Shown here: positions 12,209 through 25,669 of the stretch, piece by piece
Position numbering within the stretch: the first letter of the stretch is position 1
Layout of the letters: every line of letters starts with the position of its first letter
DNA from: Epiperipatus broadwayi
Taxonomy: Eukaryota; Animalia; Onychophora
Assembly: GCA_028023455.1 (NCBI GenBank)
Contig: JAQFVV010000001.1
Coordinates: forward strand, 23,250,001-23,314,000
Direction: 5' to 3'
Length of the DNA stretch: 64,000 bases
Notes under the pieces: model-generated
Told to the model about the DNA's origin: nothing
What the model saw: only the letters and a program-made list of their open reading frames with translations
The model's database searches: none
Program-made: the position numbers and the translations under genes

Positions 12209-15200
12209 CTATAATAACAAACAACCACACATGAAATGAACTAAAAGTTTTGTGCGCTCACACATACACACACACACATATAGATTACAAAGCATTATTA
12301 TAAAGACAAACCACTGTATTTTTTTTGTGTGTATATATGAATGGAAAAATTTTGTTCATGACAACAATTAAATTTTCAACTAATATCCATTGACTAGCCT
12401 CAGAATTAACTATTATTTATTAGCTATATAGAATAAACCTTCTGATTTTAACATCAATATAACTGTTTATTATGTGGATATACAATAAGGCTTGGTAAAC
12501 TTATTAATTGCTGTTGAAAATTGTTTCTCCTTTGAAAAGAAAAAAGAATACCTGACAGTTTATCTTTTTAATTGAAAACAGAAAAACTTAATAGGAGTTT
12601 TTACAGGTGAAGGTTGTTTTACAATTATATGTGAATATTATATTTAAAAAATTGGAATTAAATCAGCATTAACAGAGATTATGGTATTAGAAGTCAATAT
12701 TTAGGAGTGAAACTGAGAAAAACCAAATAGACAAATATTTTTGAAATTGATGAAATCATTAATTTAAAATAAATTATTTAGAATTTTTATCTTACTGCTC
12801 TATATTTTTATATTTAAATTTTTGTTCTACTTTGTATCAATTGAATCTTTTCAATAAATTCTAATTCTTAAATAACATTATACTTATCTGACATATTATT
12901 GTTTGCATATTTGTGTGATGAATATCTGAGTTTAAGGTATTTGTTTATATATTCTTATATGAAAGTCCTGTATATAAAAAAATATTTTTGACAAAGTATT
13001 CTGAAATGGGGAGGTGTGAACAATGCCATACTACTTGAAAATAAAGTATTTTCATTTTTTATAACAACCTTTGGTCTTATTAACACAACTTGCCTTAAGG
13101 TAGAGGAATTAACCACACTTGTGTATATCTTCTATTTATTAAATTATCTATCTATTCATCCATCTATTTTTTCCATTTATTTGTGTATATTTAGCAATTT
13201 ATGTATGGTTTTATATTTTACATTATGACAATTAGATTGTCTGCCTTAAAACAGGTAGGAAAAATAAGGCAATAAGATACTATTTAGATCAAATAACAAT
13301 TTATTCCATTACTTTAAATTTAGAACTTCTTATCATAGCAAAACACTTATGATAATTTATTCAAATCAAATTTGAAAGAAAAATATTAAGTCTAAATTTT
13401 CATTGTCTTTAATAACAACACATTTAGTGCTTTTAGTTTTTTCACAAATAACATAGATAATTCCATGGATATTTTAGAAAAATATTAAAAAGTGAATTAT
13501 TACTATTCACTTGAAAACATTCAGAGGTAAAACAAAAATTAAAATTAATAATTAAATGCTGCTTTGAATAATTCATGACTTGGATATGTGATATATAATA
13601 TTTCTACAAGCATGTGCATGAACTTACATATTCTAAAAAAATATACATGCATATTTTCTATTTTTCAATACTTTATATATATATATCTAAAAAATTGTGA
13701 TGATGGTATTTTAGTTGCAATTATATGTGTACATGATGATATTTTAGTTTTAATGATATATATATACATTTTAACAGGGACTCCTATTAGGCTACTATGA
13801 TCAGACCACATTTGGGCACAAATATAACTGGCTTCAAGATAATATGATGAGTATACTGAGTGGTATAATCTGTTTACCTATTACTGACTATGTTAACTGC
13901 ACAACAGTAATATTTCCTGTTCATCACATAAATATAATACCTAAAATGACTAGAACATTTATTAGTTGTGGCTAATGACTCCAGAACAGCATCACAAGTG
14001 ACCTAGGTTTCAACTTATAGAAGTTCTGCTATCACAGAATCATAGCTTTGGGATTTATGAAATTCATTACTAATATTGCACTACCCAGTTAACAGTAGTA
14101 ACATGCAAATTATCTCTACATTCTTTCAAATAATTGTTGTTGCAGCTCTTGACAAAGCATCTGCATCACTGGGTAATGGTAAATTACATTATCTTTTCTT
14201 TTTATATATAATTTAAATAAATAAATATACTATATATATTGTTATTCTAGATGCCTCATCAAGATTAAGTTACAAACGTGCATAATGATATTTGTAATAT
14301 ATATATATATATCCAATCTTTCAATTAGGAATTGGATAATACATAAAATATGTATATAATATAAATATTCACCTTACTCTTAAGCAAACATATATATAAT
14401 ATTTAAACTAGGTGGGTTAATATAAAAATTAAAAAAAATTGGTGTGGGTTAATAATCAACAACTGAAAAGAAAAAAAAATTATAAATGTTTATATAATAC
14501 AATGATAATATAAATAATTATTTTTATTTTTAGTCTTTGTTTTTTGCCAGCAAAAAGATAGTTATAAAAACTGACACATTAATCATCCGACTATAATCCT
14601 CAGCATAATTTTTTTCTTATTTTCCATTAGTCAATGGAATTTTAAAGTGATTTCTTCGTCCATTGATTTACTTTTATGAAATTTGTGATGGTATTGTAAC
14701 TAAACCATTTTATTCATGTGATTCTTTACAAGTTAACAAAATGGTTCATAGTATTTTTTTCCATGATCAGAATTGAATCATATGAATATCTCATAGTTTA
14801 GCTAGTCGTTATTGGGCCTCAGTAGATCTTCTTTTCTTCTCATTTGGATAAGATGAATGTATTCAAGCTTCCTTCTTCATGCTAAGTCATTTCTTTTTGT
14901 GTACAGGCTAGAGCATCATTTCTTTCTCTGTGAAGGATGGACCATAAACGCTTTTAGCAAACTATTTGTATAAAATTTAACTCATAGACATAGAAAACCA
15001 TCACATATTTGAATAATAACACACTCTTTATATTGTTGCAATTTTTATTGTATATATACACAATTCGGATGGTCTTTACAACAAAAAAAATATTCTAGTC
15101 TTGCCCTCCATCAACCATTATCAACGCTTGCTTTTTAAAAAACACAGGAAAGAGAACAGATGATGGTTAAACATAATTGGAAATATAAAAAAAGGCAACA

Positions 15201-17444
15201 GAGAAAATAAGAAGAATATTATTCTTTTTAGTAATATATTTTATTCCGAAACTCTGCATTTTTATAAATTGAAAAATTCTATTGCAGAATTGATCACTTT
15301 TATAAAACTGTTTTAATTTTTCCTTTTCCAAAATTTAATTTTACAATTAGTTAACACAATTCTCTCTCTCTCTCTTTTTTTTTTTTGTACAGAAATATTT
15401 GTTTGAAATGAAATGTAAAAAAACTCACAGGAATACCTTGCAAATAAAACTTAACCCTTTATTTCCCAAGGGTTTAGAATTAAAAATACTGTTAATTATT
15501 AATGTCATATTTAATGCTAGTATTTACTGAATACATTAAATAATTCATAGAACGAATTACTATAATTCAGTCTATGAATTATTTAATGCATTCAATATTT
15601 CAGTACTTATTGATATGTAACTATTGAAAATCAAAAGCTAAGTTATAATAGATATATATAATCTCCATTTATATATATTGAAATAGATTGTCTCATGCCT
15701 GCAACACGTGATAAGTAATCTTGACAGTATATGCACTGTAGTTTTAAAGTTTATATAAAAAAAGAATATACATATATTGTAACCATATATTTAACTCTAT
15801 GAGTTAGATATATATTTTAAAGCATTAAAAAAAATTTTTTTATATGATTATAATGAGTAAATTTTGTTATTTGTACTATTATAATAAAAATTTTATATCT
15901 TCCATTAAGTTAGCCTATTTAGTTATCAATTATTTAAAAAGTTATCTTAGATTGTTTAATATTTATTTGAAAGAAAAAGTAATATTTTGAAAATAAATAA
16001 ATGTTAATTTAGAGCTTGCTTTGTTGCAAATAGAGGTAATAGATAAGGTTCTTCATATTCTTCCTGAAATGGTTAGTTAACTTTTTTAGAATTTTTAGTT
16101 GTTAATTTTTAAAATAAATTGTTTTAAAGTAATAATTATGATTTATTAAATATCAATTTATGTGAGGGTATTTAAAATCAAAGTATAGTAAGAATAACTG
16201 ATTGAAATTAGTGTTAATTTTAAATTAGTTTGAAATATTAATCAATAACTAATTTATTTTCTTTGCATTAAAAATGGTTACATTTAGTATACATATGTGT
16301 GTGTGGATATTTAGTACATACAGATGAAATATTGAAAGCTGAAAAGATTTATTAAAAGTAAGTGTATTTTTTAAAATGAGTATATTCAATCAGTTTCTAG
16401 TTATTAAAGAAAGAGCTTTTAAATAATACAAGGGAAAAAATGAAAAAGGCGTATTTAAATAAAAAGAATGTTTAATTGAAAAATAAATAGATATTTTTTA
16501 TTAGCATTAAATAAATAGTTTATTGTATTAATTAAGCTGTAATTAAAAAGTTCGCTTTTAGACTAGACAATCACATGACTTAATCATCTGGATTGATAAA
16601 GTTCAAGGTCAGATCAATTAAAAGTTAAAAATATGCTAGTAAGTTACATTTAATGACAAAATACTGGAATGGGATTGGTTTTTGGATATAGACATGGACA
16701 GTCACCACTTGTTGGAAAGTTCAGATAATAGAAAAATTAAATATGAATTATAAGGCATGAGCAATTGAATTGTTTATTAGAATTATACAAAATGTTTCTA
16801 TAAGTCAATCTATATATAAGGTCGTGCTAATTAAAATGTTGATGACTATGAATGTGGCCCAACACAAAATCATAAACTTACTTTAAACATGAGATTTTTT
16901 TGTGATTATACATAGCAATGTGATTAAAATAAATGTACATATGCTCTTTCAAATTGTACACATGTATAGTTTCAGTTTTAGGATGGTATGTGGCTTCTGG
17001 TGTATTATCTTTTAAGCACAATCAGTAAAATTGGGAATATCAAATGATTTGTCATGGGAATGATTTTCAATAACATTTCAACTATTTAGAGGTTTAACAT
17101 TATTTAGAAATCAGGTAAGCATTCTTATTTGATTGTAAAGTCAATTTCCATACCTTGAAGCACCTTACACATGAACCATATAAATAAAGGCTAATGCTTA
17201 TCTAATAAATTAAATTTTCTTAATTTATCAGTTGATCAGATCAGTTTGACAGTCTGAAAAAGCATTGGCTAAGATTAGCACTCATTTATAAAATATAGTC
17301 TTGGACCATCTAATAGGGCTTTCACAATCAGCTTCTCTGCCTCACCCTGCCTCAGCAGAGAAGAGGTGTGTAGAAAGACTCAATCTTGCTTTTTATTTTC
17401 GTGTCAATTAATTTTCAAAATAAAAATAAAAGTCATTTTATCTA

Positions 17445-17505
17445 CTACTGCTACTGCTGCTGCTTCTGCTGCTGCTACTACTACTACTGCTACTACTACT
17501 ACTAC

Positions 17506-17596
<91 letters not shown>

Positions 17597-17610
17597 TTTT
17601 TTTTTTTTTA
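17445..17610. repeat. Compound microsatellite (CTA/CTG)n-(TTA)n plus poly-T
   Basis: Directly visible; long uninterrupted ATT run at about 17485-17595. Confidence 0.98.
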
Positions 17611-17618
17611 ATTCTAAT

Positions 17619-19175
17619 ATGGCATCTATAATGTCTGAAAAGAAAAAAGAATCCCATCTTCCCCTAAAAAAAATATAGATTGATTAATAAAATGCAAACA
17701 GAACCTAATTTTTCTCAATGCAAATAGCAAGATGCTCTGCATTTATAAGGAATTTGTGCAAGTGAAGTGGCATTATATACAAAAACATTCTGTAAAATTT
17801 AGTATGTATGAAGGAAAAGCTAATTATATGGTGGTATATTTAATAGCAAAAAAAAAAACCCCATCCCAGTTACTTATGGTGAGTTTATTAAGAAATGTAT
17901 GGACAACATGGCAGTAGGCAGATAAATTGAAGAAATTCCAAAATCTATTTAAAGAAGTTTGCAGAATGATGTTGCTAATTTTAAATTTTATGCATTAGTG
18001 ATGGATGATAGCATTCATGTTTTAGTTATGGTTCAACTTGCCATTTTTATTAAAGGTATTGTTGATGGTTATAATGGTAGTGAGGTAATTGTTTTTTTAG
18101 GCTATTAAAAGATACAACTAAATCAAGAGATTTATATGAAGCAGTAAAAGATATGTTAAAGCAATTTTCTTTTCCATTGTTAACATGTCTGATAGACTTA
18201 TTGATAATGATCTGATAAATGGAGATAGAAGAATGGAAATGTCAAATTAATAGATGATGTAATTGCTGCCTAAGCTCATATTTTGTGAAGTATCATTGCA
18301 TAATGCTTATCTGCAGAAGCTTTAAAAATGGATAAAATTAAGTAAATCACCAGGCTGAAGGTTTGAGTCATAATTAATTCCAGAAATTCCTTGAAAACAT
18401 TGATGCTGATTACAGCAATATTATTTACTTTTTCAAAGTAAGATGGCTAAATTGAGGCTATGCATTGAAATTTTTTTATGATTTATGACATATCAAATGA
18501 TTTATGATATCAAAAAAAAAAAATTTGTGCTAGAACTTGATAGTGCAAGCTGGATTACAGATTTAACATTTTTAGTGAATTTAATTGCTCATTTAAATAA
18601 GTTAAACATATGCCTTCAAGATAAAATCAATTTCAAGACAATGTTTCAAATTATAACAGTATTCAAAATGAAACTGAAATTATAGCAAGCTCAAATTAAG
18701 GCAAACAATTTTATGTATTTCGACTCATTGACTAAACACAGTGCTGTGAACAGCTTTGTATTACAATTTGATACGAGAATTTGAAACATATTTCAAGATA
18801 TTCAGTAAAATAAGGGAGATTTTGCTATATTTGCAATTCCATTCTCAGTAAATATAATGCCAGTTACAAATAGAATGCATAGAGCTGCAATTCAACTTAA
18901 AAATTTTTTTTATTGTTCCTTTTTATTGAACTTTAATAGATCCTATTTTCCCAGAGACAAATATCTCATTTCCTAATTATACCTTACTCATATCATCATT
19001 TTTGGTATCATTTACATTTGTGAGCAACTATTTTCAAGAATGAAACACATTAAGTGTAAAGTTAGAACCAAAATATCATATGAGCACATTGAGATCATTG
19101 AGCATTACAACTACTTCCATCAAACCAGATATCAATGCATTTATTTCTCAAATACAATGTCAAATATCTGACTAG
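17619..19175 (+). pseudogene. Decayed hAT/Buster transposase (GTF2IRD2/SPIN-like)
   Basis: FYALVMDDSIHVLVMVQLAIFIKG (first catalytic Asp region), LKDTTKSRDLYEAV, WITDLTFLVNLIAHLNKLN, terminal QIQCQISD*; many stops and frameshifts. Confidence 0.9.
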
Positions 19176-20782
19176 TTTTATGTTGCCTTCTTTTATTTTC
19201 ATATTAAAAACATCAATGACATTTTATTATTTAGATGTACTTTTTCTATATTAGTGATCACAAATTTGGGATCTGCTCAACAATTTTAAAAGACTTTCCA
19301 AATTGACCACTGCATAATTAGAATTATGTGAGGACTTTTTTGTCTCTCTGTGATGATGAATATTATAAAAATTATGCACAGAATTTTTTTGCTAATGTTT
19401 GTGTGTTCATTGTGTGACCCAAGACAACTCTTTTTTTTCCAATGTGATCCAGAGATGCCAAAAGTATTGACATTCCTGATGTACAGAATATGCTATTATA
19501 TGTAAGCATGAACCAAAAAAATATGTGGATTATAGATCTAAAAAAACACTGCAAAAGTATAGTAGGAATATTGTTTTAAATATTGAGTCCAGTGATAAAA
19601 AATGCAAGGAAACATATTTTTTGTCCAAAAGAAAGAGGATTTTACTTATACTGTAGTAATTTATATTAAAAGAATAGATAAACAACTTTGAATAAGTTTA
19701 TATCATCTAACTATTGAAAACTTGCAATAAGAGAATGAAGTAGTTGATAAGTTTAAATGTAAATGGTGATCTGAATTTTTAAATAAATAATAAATATGTT
19801 CTTATATTTTCTATAGGAAAGTTATAGAAAAAATTATATTGAGTAAAGTAATTTAATCCTTATAAGTTAATCTCTATGTTCAAGATAAAATAAAATTTAT
19901 AATTGACATATTTTTGTATTATAAAATGCATGTATGTATTTATGTATATCATATCTTATTTAGATTCATCTATCAATATGTATAAAAGAGTATTTCAGTT
20001 TTATAATTTACATGCAAAGTAATAATTAGAAATTGAAATATACATGGTGGAACCATGGCATCTGCTATGTTTTGTTCCAAGGCCCCTTCACATACATTGT
20101 ACATCATATATCATCTTATGCTTTGATGATAATCTTTTATTAAAGTAGAATATGTATTGTTTATTGCTGGGAACTATTCTATATCAATATACATTGCTGT
20201 CAAAAAGTATGAATAAACAGATAAAAATGTAAATGAAGTAACAAAAATTCAAAACCTTGTAAATCTCATACATTTTACAATATTCATGCAGCCATTTTTC
20301 TTTATTGACTGCCATATGATATCACATTAAAAAAAATACTTTGTAAATAAATTTTACAATAAAATTTCATTGGTTTATGCTGAAAGCACATGCATTTTAT
20401 TCTTTTTTTAATTATCCTTTTCAAATTTGATGAGTAGTATTTCACATAATAAAATATTTTTTTAAGTGTAATGCTGAAAGTTTTATAAAATTTTATAAAA
20501 TACTTAAAGTTGATATGACTTAAAACATGTACTTTTTTTTAGTAATGAGACTACTATTATGTTTTATAAGAGAAAAAAAAGCTATTGGAAAAAATATCAC
20601 CTAGAGTGTATTTAATTACAATGAAAATCAAACATTTCACTATTTATTTATAAAAATATTATCTATAATATATTGTTATGAGTGTATTTATAGTAGGGTT
20701 CTGTATTCACATCATTTGGTTCAAGCCTTGACACGAATATCAAAATATATAGATATTAGTAAACAACATATATCTTCTTAGT

Positions 20783-21838
20783 ATGAATATTTATCTAAAT
20801 ATCTATCTATCTATATCCATTTATTCAAATATCTATTTAACATTTATTCTATCTATCTGCTTACTTCCCTATCTATTTATCTATTTTGATTGTCTATTCA
20901 ACTATCTATCTGACTTTCTGTCTATCCATTCATTCACCCACCCATCTATCTATAGCATCTATTCATTTCTGTATTTATCTTTTTGTCTATCAATCTATTT
21001 ATTTATTTATCCAACCATTCTTCTATTTAATTAAGTATCTATCCATCCATCCTTTTATTTATTAATTACTTATCTGTCTATCTACCTATAATATTTATTT
21101 CTGTTGCTACTTTTTTATATATTAATTCATTCATTAAGCTATCCATACAGCCATTTATCTGTCTATCCATAATTTCATCCATCCATCTATCTATATGTAT
21201 GGATTTCTTTATCTATATATCTATTTATTCAAATAAAGTTAAATTGATAGATAATCGGCTGAATAAATAAATAGATAAACAGTAGACTGATACAAAGATA
21301 GGTAGATTGATGGATGAGTAGATATATAAGTTGTTTATTGGTTAAATGGATCAATGAATGGATTGATAAGCAAATAAACAAAAAATTAGATAGTTATGTA
21401 GACAGATAGATAAATACAAAAATAGGGAGACAAGCAGATTGATAGATAAATAGAATGGATAGATGGGATGATAAATAGATAAATGAATGGGTGGATAGGT
21501 TAATGAATGAATAAAAAATAAATAAAACAGATAAACAGAAAGATAGATATGCAGATAAACGGATGAATAGATAGGTATGTTGTTAGGAAGATAAATATAT
21601 AAATAGATAACAGATGAACAGCCGGATGGGTAGATAATTAATTATATGAATGAATAGAATAAATAGATAGGAAGACAATAAAACAGATAGATATATACAG
21701 AGATAAATTGATGGATAAATACACAGATAGATTGATACATGGATAGAGAAGTAAACAGGATAGATATATAGAATGAATGGATTGATGAATAAATAAATAT
21801 ATGGATAGATAGATCGATAAATGGATGGATTCATACAC
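20783..21838. repeat. Degenerate tetranucleotide satellite: (TCTA/TCCA)n switching to (TAGA/TGGA)n
   Basis: Pyrimidine-rich ATCT/ATCC tract about 20783-21235, then the complementary-strand tract about 21245-21838. Confidence 0.9.
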
Positions 21839-23760
21839 ATATTTAAATAAATTTACTAGAAAATCAAATTTTTATTACATAATTGTTTGACAAAACATAC
21901 TTTAATTTTTGTTTTTTTTACCACTTTTATTTTCAACCCATGAGTTCAAGCATTGGCCAAAACATTAACCTTTTCCACTTTAGTGTATTTGTTTTTTGTT
22001 TTTTTAATTGCTTTAAGATCACAAAGATCAAGTATTTGACCAAAAGTTTTTATTTTTTTTCTGCTTCCACATCATGAGGTCAAGGATTTGAACAAACTTT
22101 TACCAAATTTTTTCTCTCCTTTTTACTGTTTTTAAGTCATGATAAAACTTTTCTCTTTTCCCTCCTTTTGAACAATATTATAGGTATTTATTGTTCAAAA
22201 ATCAATAGCGTAAAATAAATATTTCTACTATTTTACATATTTTATGATTCTATTACTTTAATATGCATTTTAATCATAATAATATGCTGACACATTTTTA
22301 TTCATTTTTTATTTTAATATTTGCTAATTTTAAAAATATGATCTCAAAAAGTTTTAATTCTGTAGTCATCTATTTTTTATATTCATTCTTATGTATTTTA
22401 AGCATTTATTATGCTGCACGTTTTAATCATTTCTTTATTGTAAAATTAATTTCAATTTTATATTGCCAATTGTAATAATGGGATCTCTAGCCATGTAATT
22501 TTTTTTTTTTGTCAGATAAAACATCCATAATACTTTTTGAAGAAATGCCAAAAATTGTTCTAAATTTTTTTTTTTTTGTTAATTGTAAATGTTTTTGTTT
22601 TTTAATTTCGATAAATTTTGAAATTTATTTGTGTTGGACAAAATATTCGGAACAGTTTCATAGACACTTCCACGAAATATCTAAAATTGTTAATTATTTG
22701 CTTGTGATGTGATGCACTGTGACTTCTCCTTATATGGAGTCAGGAATCTCTCAGCAACTATGCCCAAAGAAACCTGTTAGCCACTTTACCTTCCCTTTCC
22801 ATTTCCCACCCTAAGTTTCCCCACAATCTCAATTCCATTTCCACAACATAATGTTGAAGCAATGATTTGGTGGCTCCCCGTACTATTAAAAAATTGTCAT
22901 AGAGGGTGCACTGAAATGATAATCTTTTTCTCCCTTTGTATATATAGAAATTGTAATCAAATGTTCACTCTTTCATTTGAAGAAAGCCATGCTAATCAAT
23001 TACTTTATAAAAGATGATTAGTATGCACACACACACACACCTATATAACCAGTTACTTACCATAGACCAGGTTTTGCAAATAAAATATTTTTTTAAAACT
23101 TTTTTTTTATACATGGTTTTTCAAATATAGTATTCATATCTTTTTCATTCATTCATTCATTGTTTCATTTTTTATCATTTATCATTTTCTTTTTTAATTC
23201 ATTATTTTTATAAACACCCCTAAGTGCAATTCTTTTCTTTTTCTTTTTTAAGTTTCTCATTAAATATTATTTTTCCATTCATTGTCTTCTGCAATAAAAT
23301 TCTATCTTTTATATTCATTTCCCCTTTAAGCACACAAAGTTTCTCCAAAAAAAAACATTTTTTTAAAAAATCTGTTTTTATTATTATGAATTCAATTAAT
23401 TATTTTTCAAGATAATGTATTACTAGACAAAAAATTCTTTTTTCTTTTGTTCGTTTTTGTTGTAATTATTTATATATGTGTGTGATTAATTGACTAGTGC
23501 ACTTTATAAATATCTTCAACCAATCAAATCTTACCCATTTGTCTAAACCAATCTTCTCACTGTAAATACACATAAAAATTTGTATTCTCAGGTGAAGTGG
23601 AAATTTGACGCACCTGAACATCCACACAAGAACAATAGCCTTTTTTTTATTATATGCAAATATAAAATTCTGATGGTTGTTTCTGTATAGATGTTCGGCT
23701 GCTTTAAATCTCCAGTCACCTGATAAGCATAATTTTGTATAGTAAAGAGATTGTTTATAA

Positions 23761-25613
23761 ACATCACATGATCACCATTTCTTATGCTTGTTTATAACTG
23801 TTATAAGCAAGTTATAACTGATGAAGGTCATGGTTATTAAAAAACCAAAGACACCAAAATGTATGCATACTGAACTGAATTCAGACCTATATGACTATAT
23901 AAGCTAATGAGCTTGGATTGAAAATATTAATGTGTTTTTCAATTTAAGACTCATAGTTTTGTAGTTAAATAGAGATAAAAGGTGGCTGCTGGAGGGTTGC
24001 ATTAGATCCTAAGATCTAGGTGCAGTGTTCTCAGATCCAAGGTTCCTCACTGACGAAGACCATAAGCCAGAATAGTCTGGGATATTGGATGAGTAGGCAC
24101 TAGTTGGGGATTTTATGCACAAGCCTTCTGGCATCCATTGATTACTCTGGCTTGCAAAGTGGCAATACTATATGGAGAGTTTTGCCTGTTATAAAGAGAT
24201 TGCTCTGGGATGATGGAGTTTATGAGCTTTAGAGGAGTACACAGATGCCAAACTCTCCATACAGTAGTGCCACTCAATGTAATCCAGAGAAATCAATGGA
24301 TGCAAGAAGGTTTGTGTATAAAATCCTTATTTAATACCTATTAATCCAATATCCCCAGACTAGTTGCTAGCTTGTGACTTTCATCACTGAGAAGCCTTGA
24401 ATCTGAGAGCACTGCACCTAGATCTTAGGATATAATGCAACCCTCCAGCAGTCATCTTTTACCTTATTAGCTAACTATAAAGCTTTGAGTCTAAAATAAA
24501 AAAAAACAATAATATTTTCAATTCACACTCATTAGCTTGTATAGTTGTATAGAACTGGACTCAGTTCAACATCCATACTTTTTAGTGTCTTTGGTTATTT
24601 AATAGCCAGTCATCACATCACATGATCACCATTTATTAAGTGTACACAAGCTGTTTACACCAAGATTAAATTCTCCATACAGTAACACCACTCAGTGTAA
24701 GCCAGAGTAATCAATGAATGCAAGAAGATTTGTACATAAAATCCCTGTTTAGTGCCTATTTATCCAATATCCCCAGACTAGTTTTTAGATGGTTTTCATC
24801 AGTGAGGAACCTTGGATCTGAAAGTACTGTATCTTAGAATCTAATGCAACCCTCCAGTAAACTATAAAGCTTTGAGTCCAAAATGAAAACACAATAATGT
24901 TTTCAATTCAAGTTCATTAGCTTGTATAGTTGGATAGATCTGAACTCAGTTCAGCATCCATACTTTTTGGCATCTTTGGTTCTTTAATAACCACAGTCAC
25001 CATAATTGTATGTGGCAGTGAGGAGCCTTGAATTTGAAACCACTGCACTCAACACTCTAGCAGCGACTTTTTATTTTATTAGTTAACTATAAAGCTTTGA
25101 GTCCACAATGAAAACACCAATTCACACTCATTAGCTTGTATAGCTGTATAGATCTGAACTCAGTTCAGCATCCATACTTTTTGGTGTCTTTGTCACTAGA
25201 TAGGAATTTTGGCATTAGATAAGGATTTTATGCACAAACCTTCCTGCAACCATTGATTATTCTGGCTTGCACTGAGTGACGCTACTGTATAGAGAGTTTA
25301 ACCACTGTATAAACAGCGTGTGTAAGCAGTGGTGATCATGTGATGTTTAGTGTTTTAATACCAAACCTGCCCAATAGAATTATGGTAGCTGTAGTTATTA
25401 AGAACTAAAGACACCAAAAAGTATGGATGCTGAATTGACTTCAGATCTAAACCACTATACAAGCTAATGAGCCTGAATGGAAAACATAGGCACTAGTTAG
25501 GGATTTTATGCACAAACCCTCCTGCATCCATTGATTATTCTGGCTTGTACTATGGAGAGTTTAGCCTCTGTGTAAACAGCTTGTGCAAGCATAAAGAATG
25601 GTGAACATGTGAT
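23761..25613. repeat. Cluster of at least six full or partial copies of a ~430-bp unclassified interspersed repeat (SINE-like or LINE 3' end)
   Basis: Shared core ...gctggagggttgcattagatcctaagatctagg...ccattgattattctggcttgc...ggtgatcatgtgatg; copies + 23821-24194, - 24245-24610, - 24613-25000, - 25015-25192, + 25200-25345, + 25385-25613 (ends approximate). Confidence 0.9.
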
Positions 25614-25669
25614 CTTTAGAGGAGTGTAGTAATGTGAATGATTAGGCTAATGGATCAAAACATTTAATT

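Larger units (their letters stand above)
16817..19478 (+). mobile_element. hAT (Charlie/Buster) DNA transposon with MER30-like ends, about 2.66 kb, defective
   Basis: Left end ...gaatgtggcccaacacaaaatcataaac...gagatttttttgtg; right end gtgtgacccaagacaactc...ccaatgtgatccagagatgccaaaagtattgacattcctg; transposase remnant between; flanks only weakly resemble an NNNTANNN 8-bp TSD. Confidence 0.65.

Noticed and set aside
15451-15475. TTAACCC, resembling a piggyBac end
   Set aside because: No matching GGGTTAA end or transposase found nearby.
17366-17631. Poly-Ile, poly-Tyr and poly-Thr ORFs (also 20783-21840, 43609-43907, 51692-51946)
   Set aside because: Translations of microsatellites, not proteins.
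23761-25613. Repeat cluster considered as a CRISPR or regular tandem array
   Set aside because: Units are hundreds of bp, in mixed orientation and truncated; no constant repeat-spacer period; eukaryotic context.
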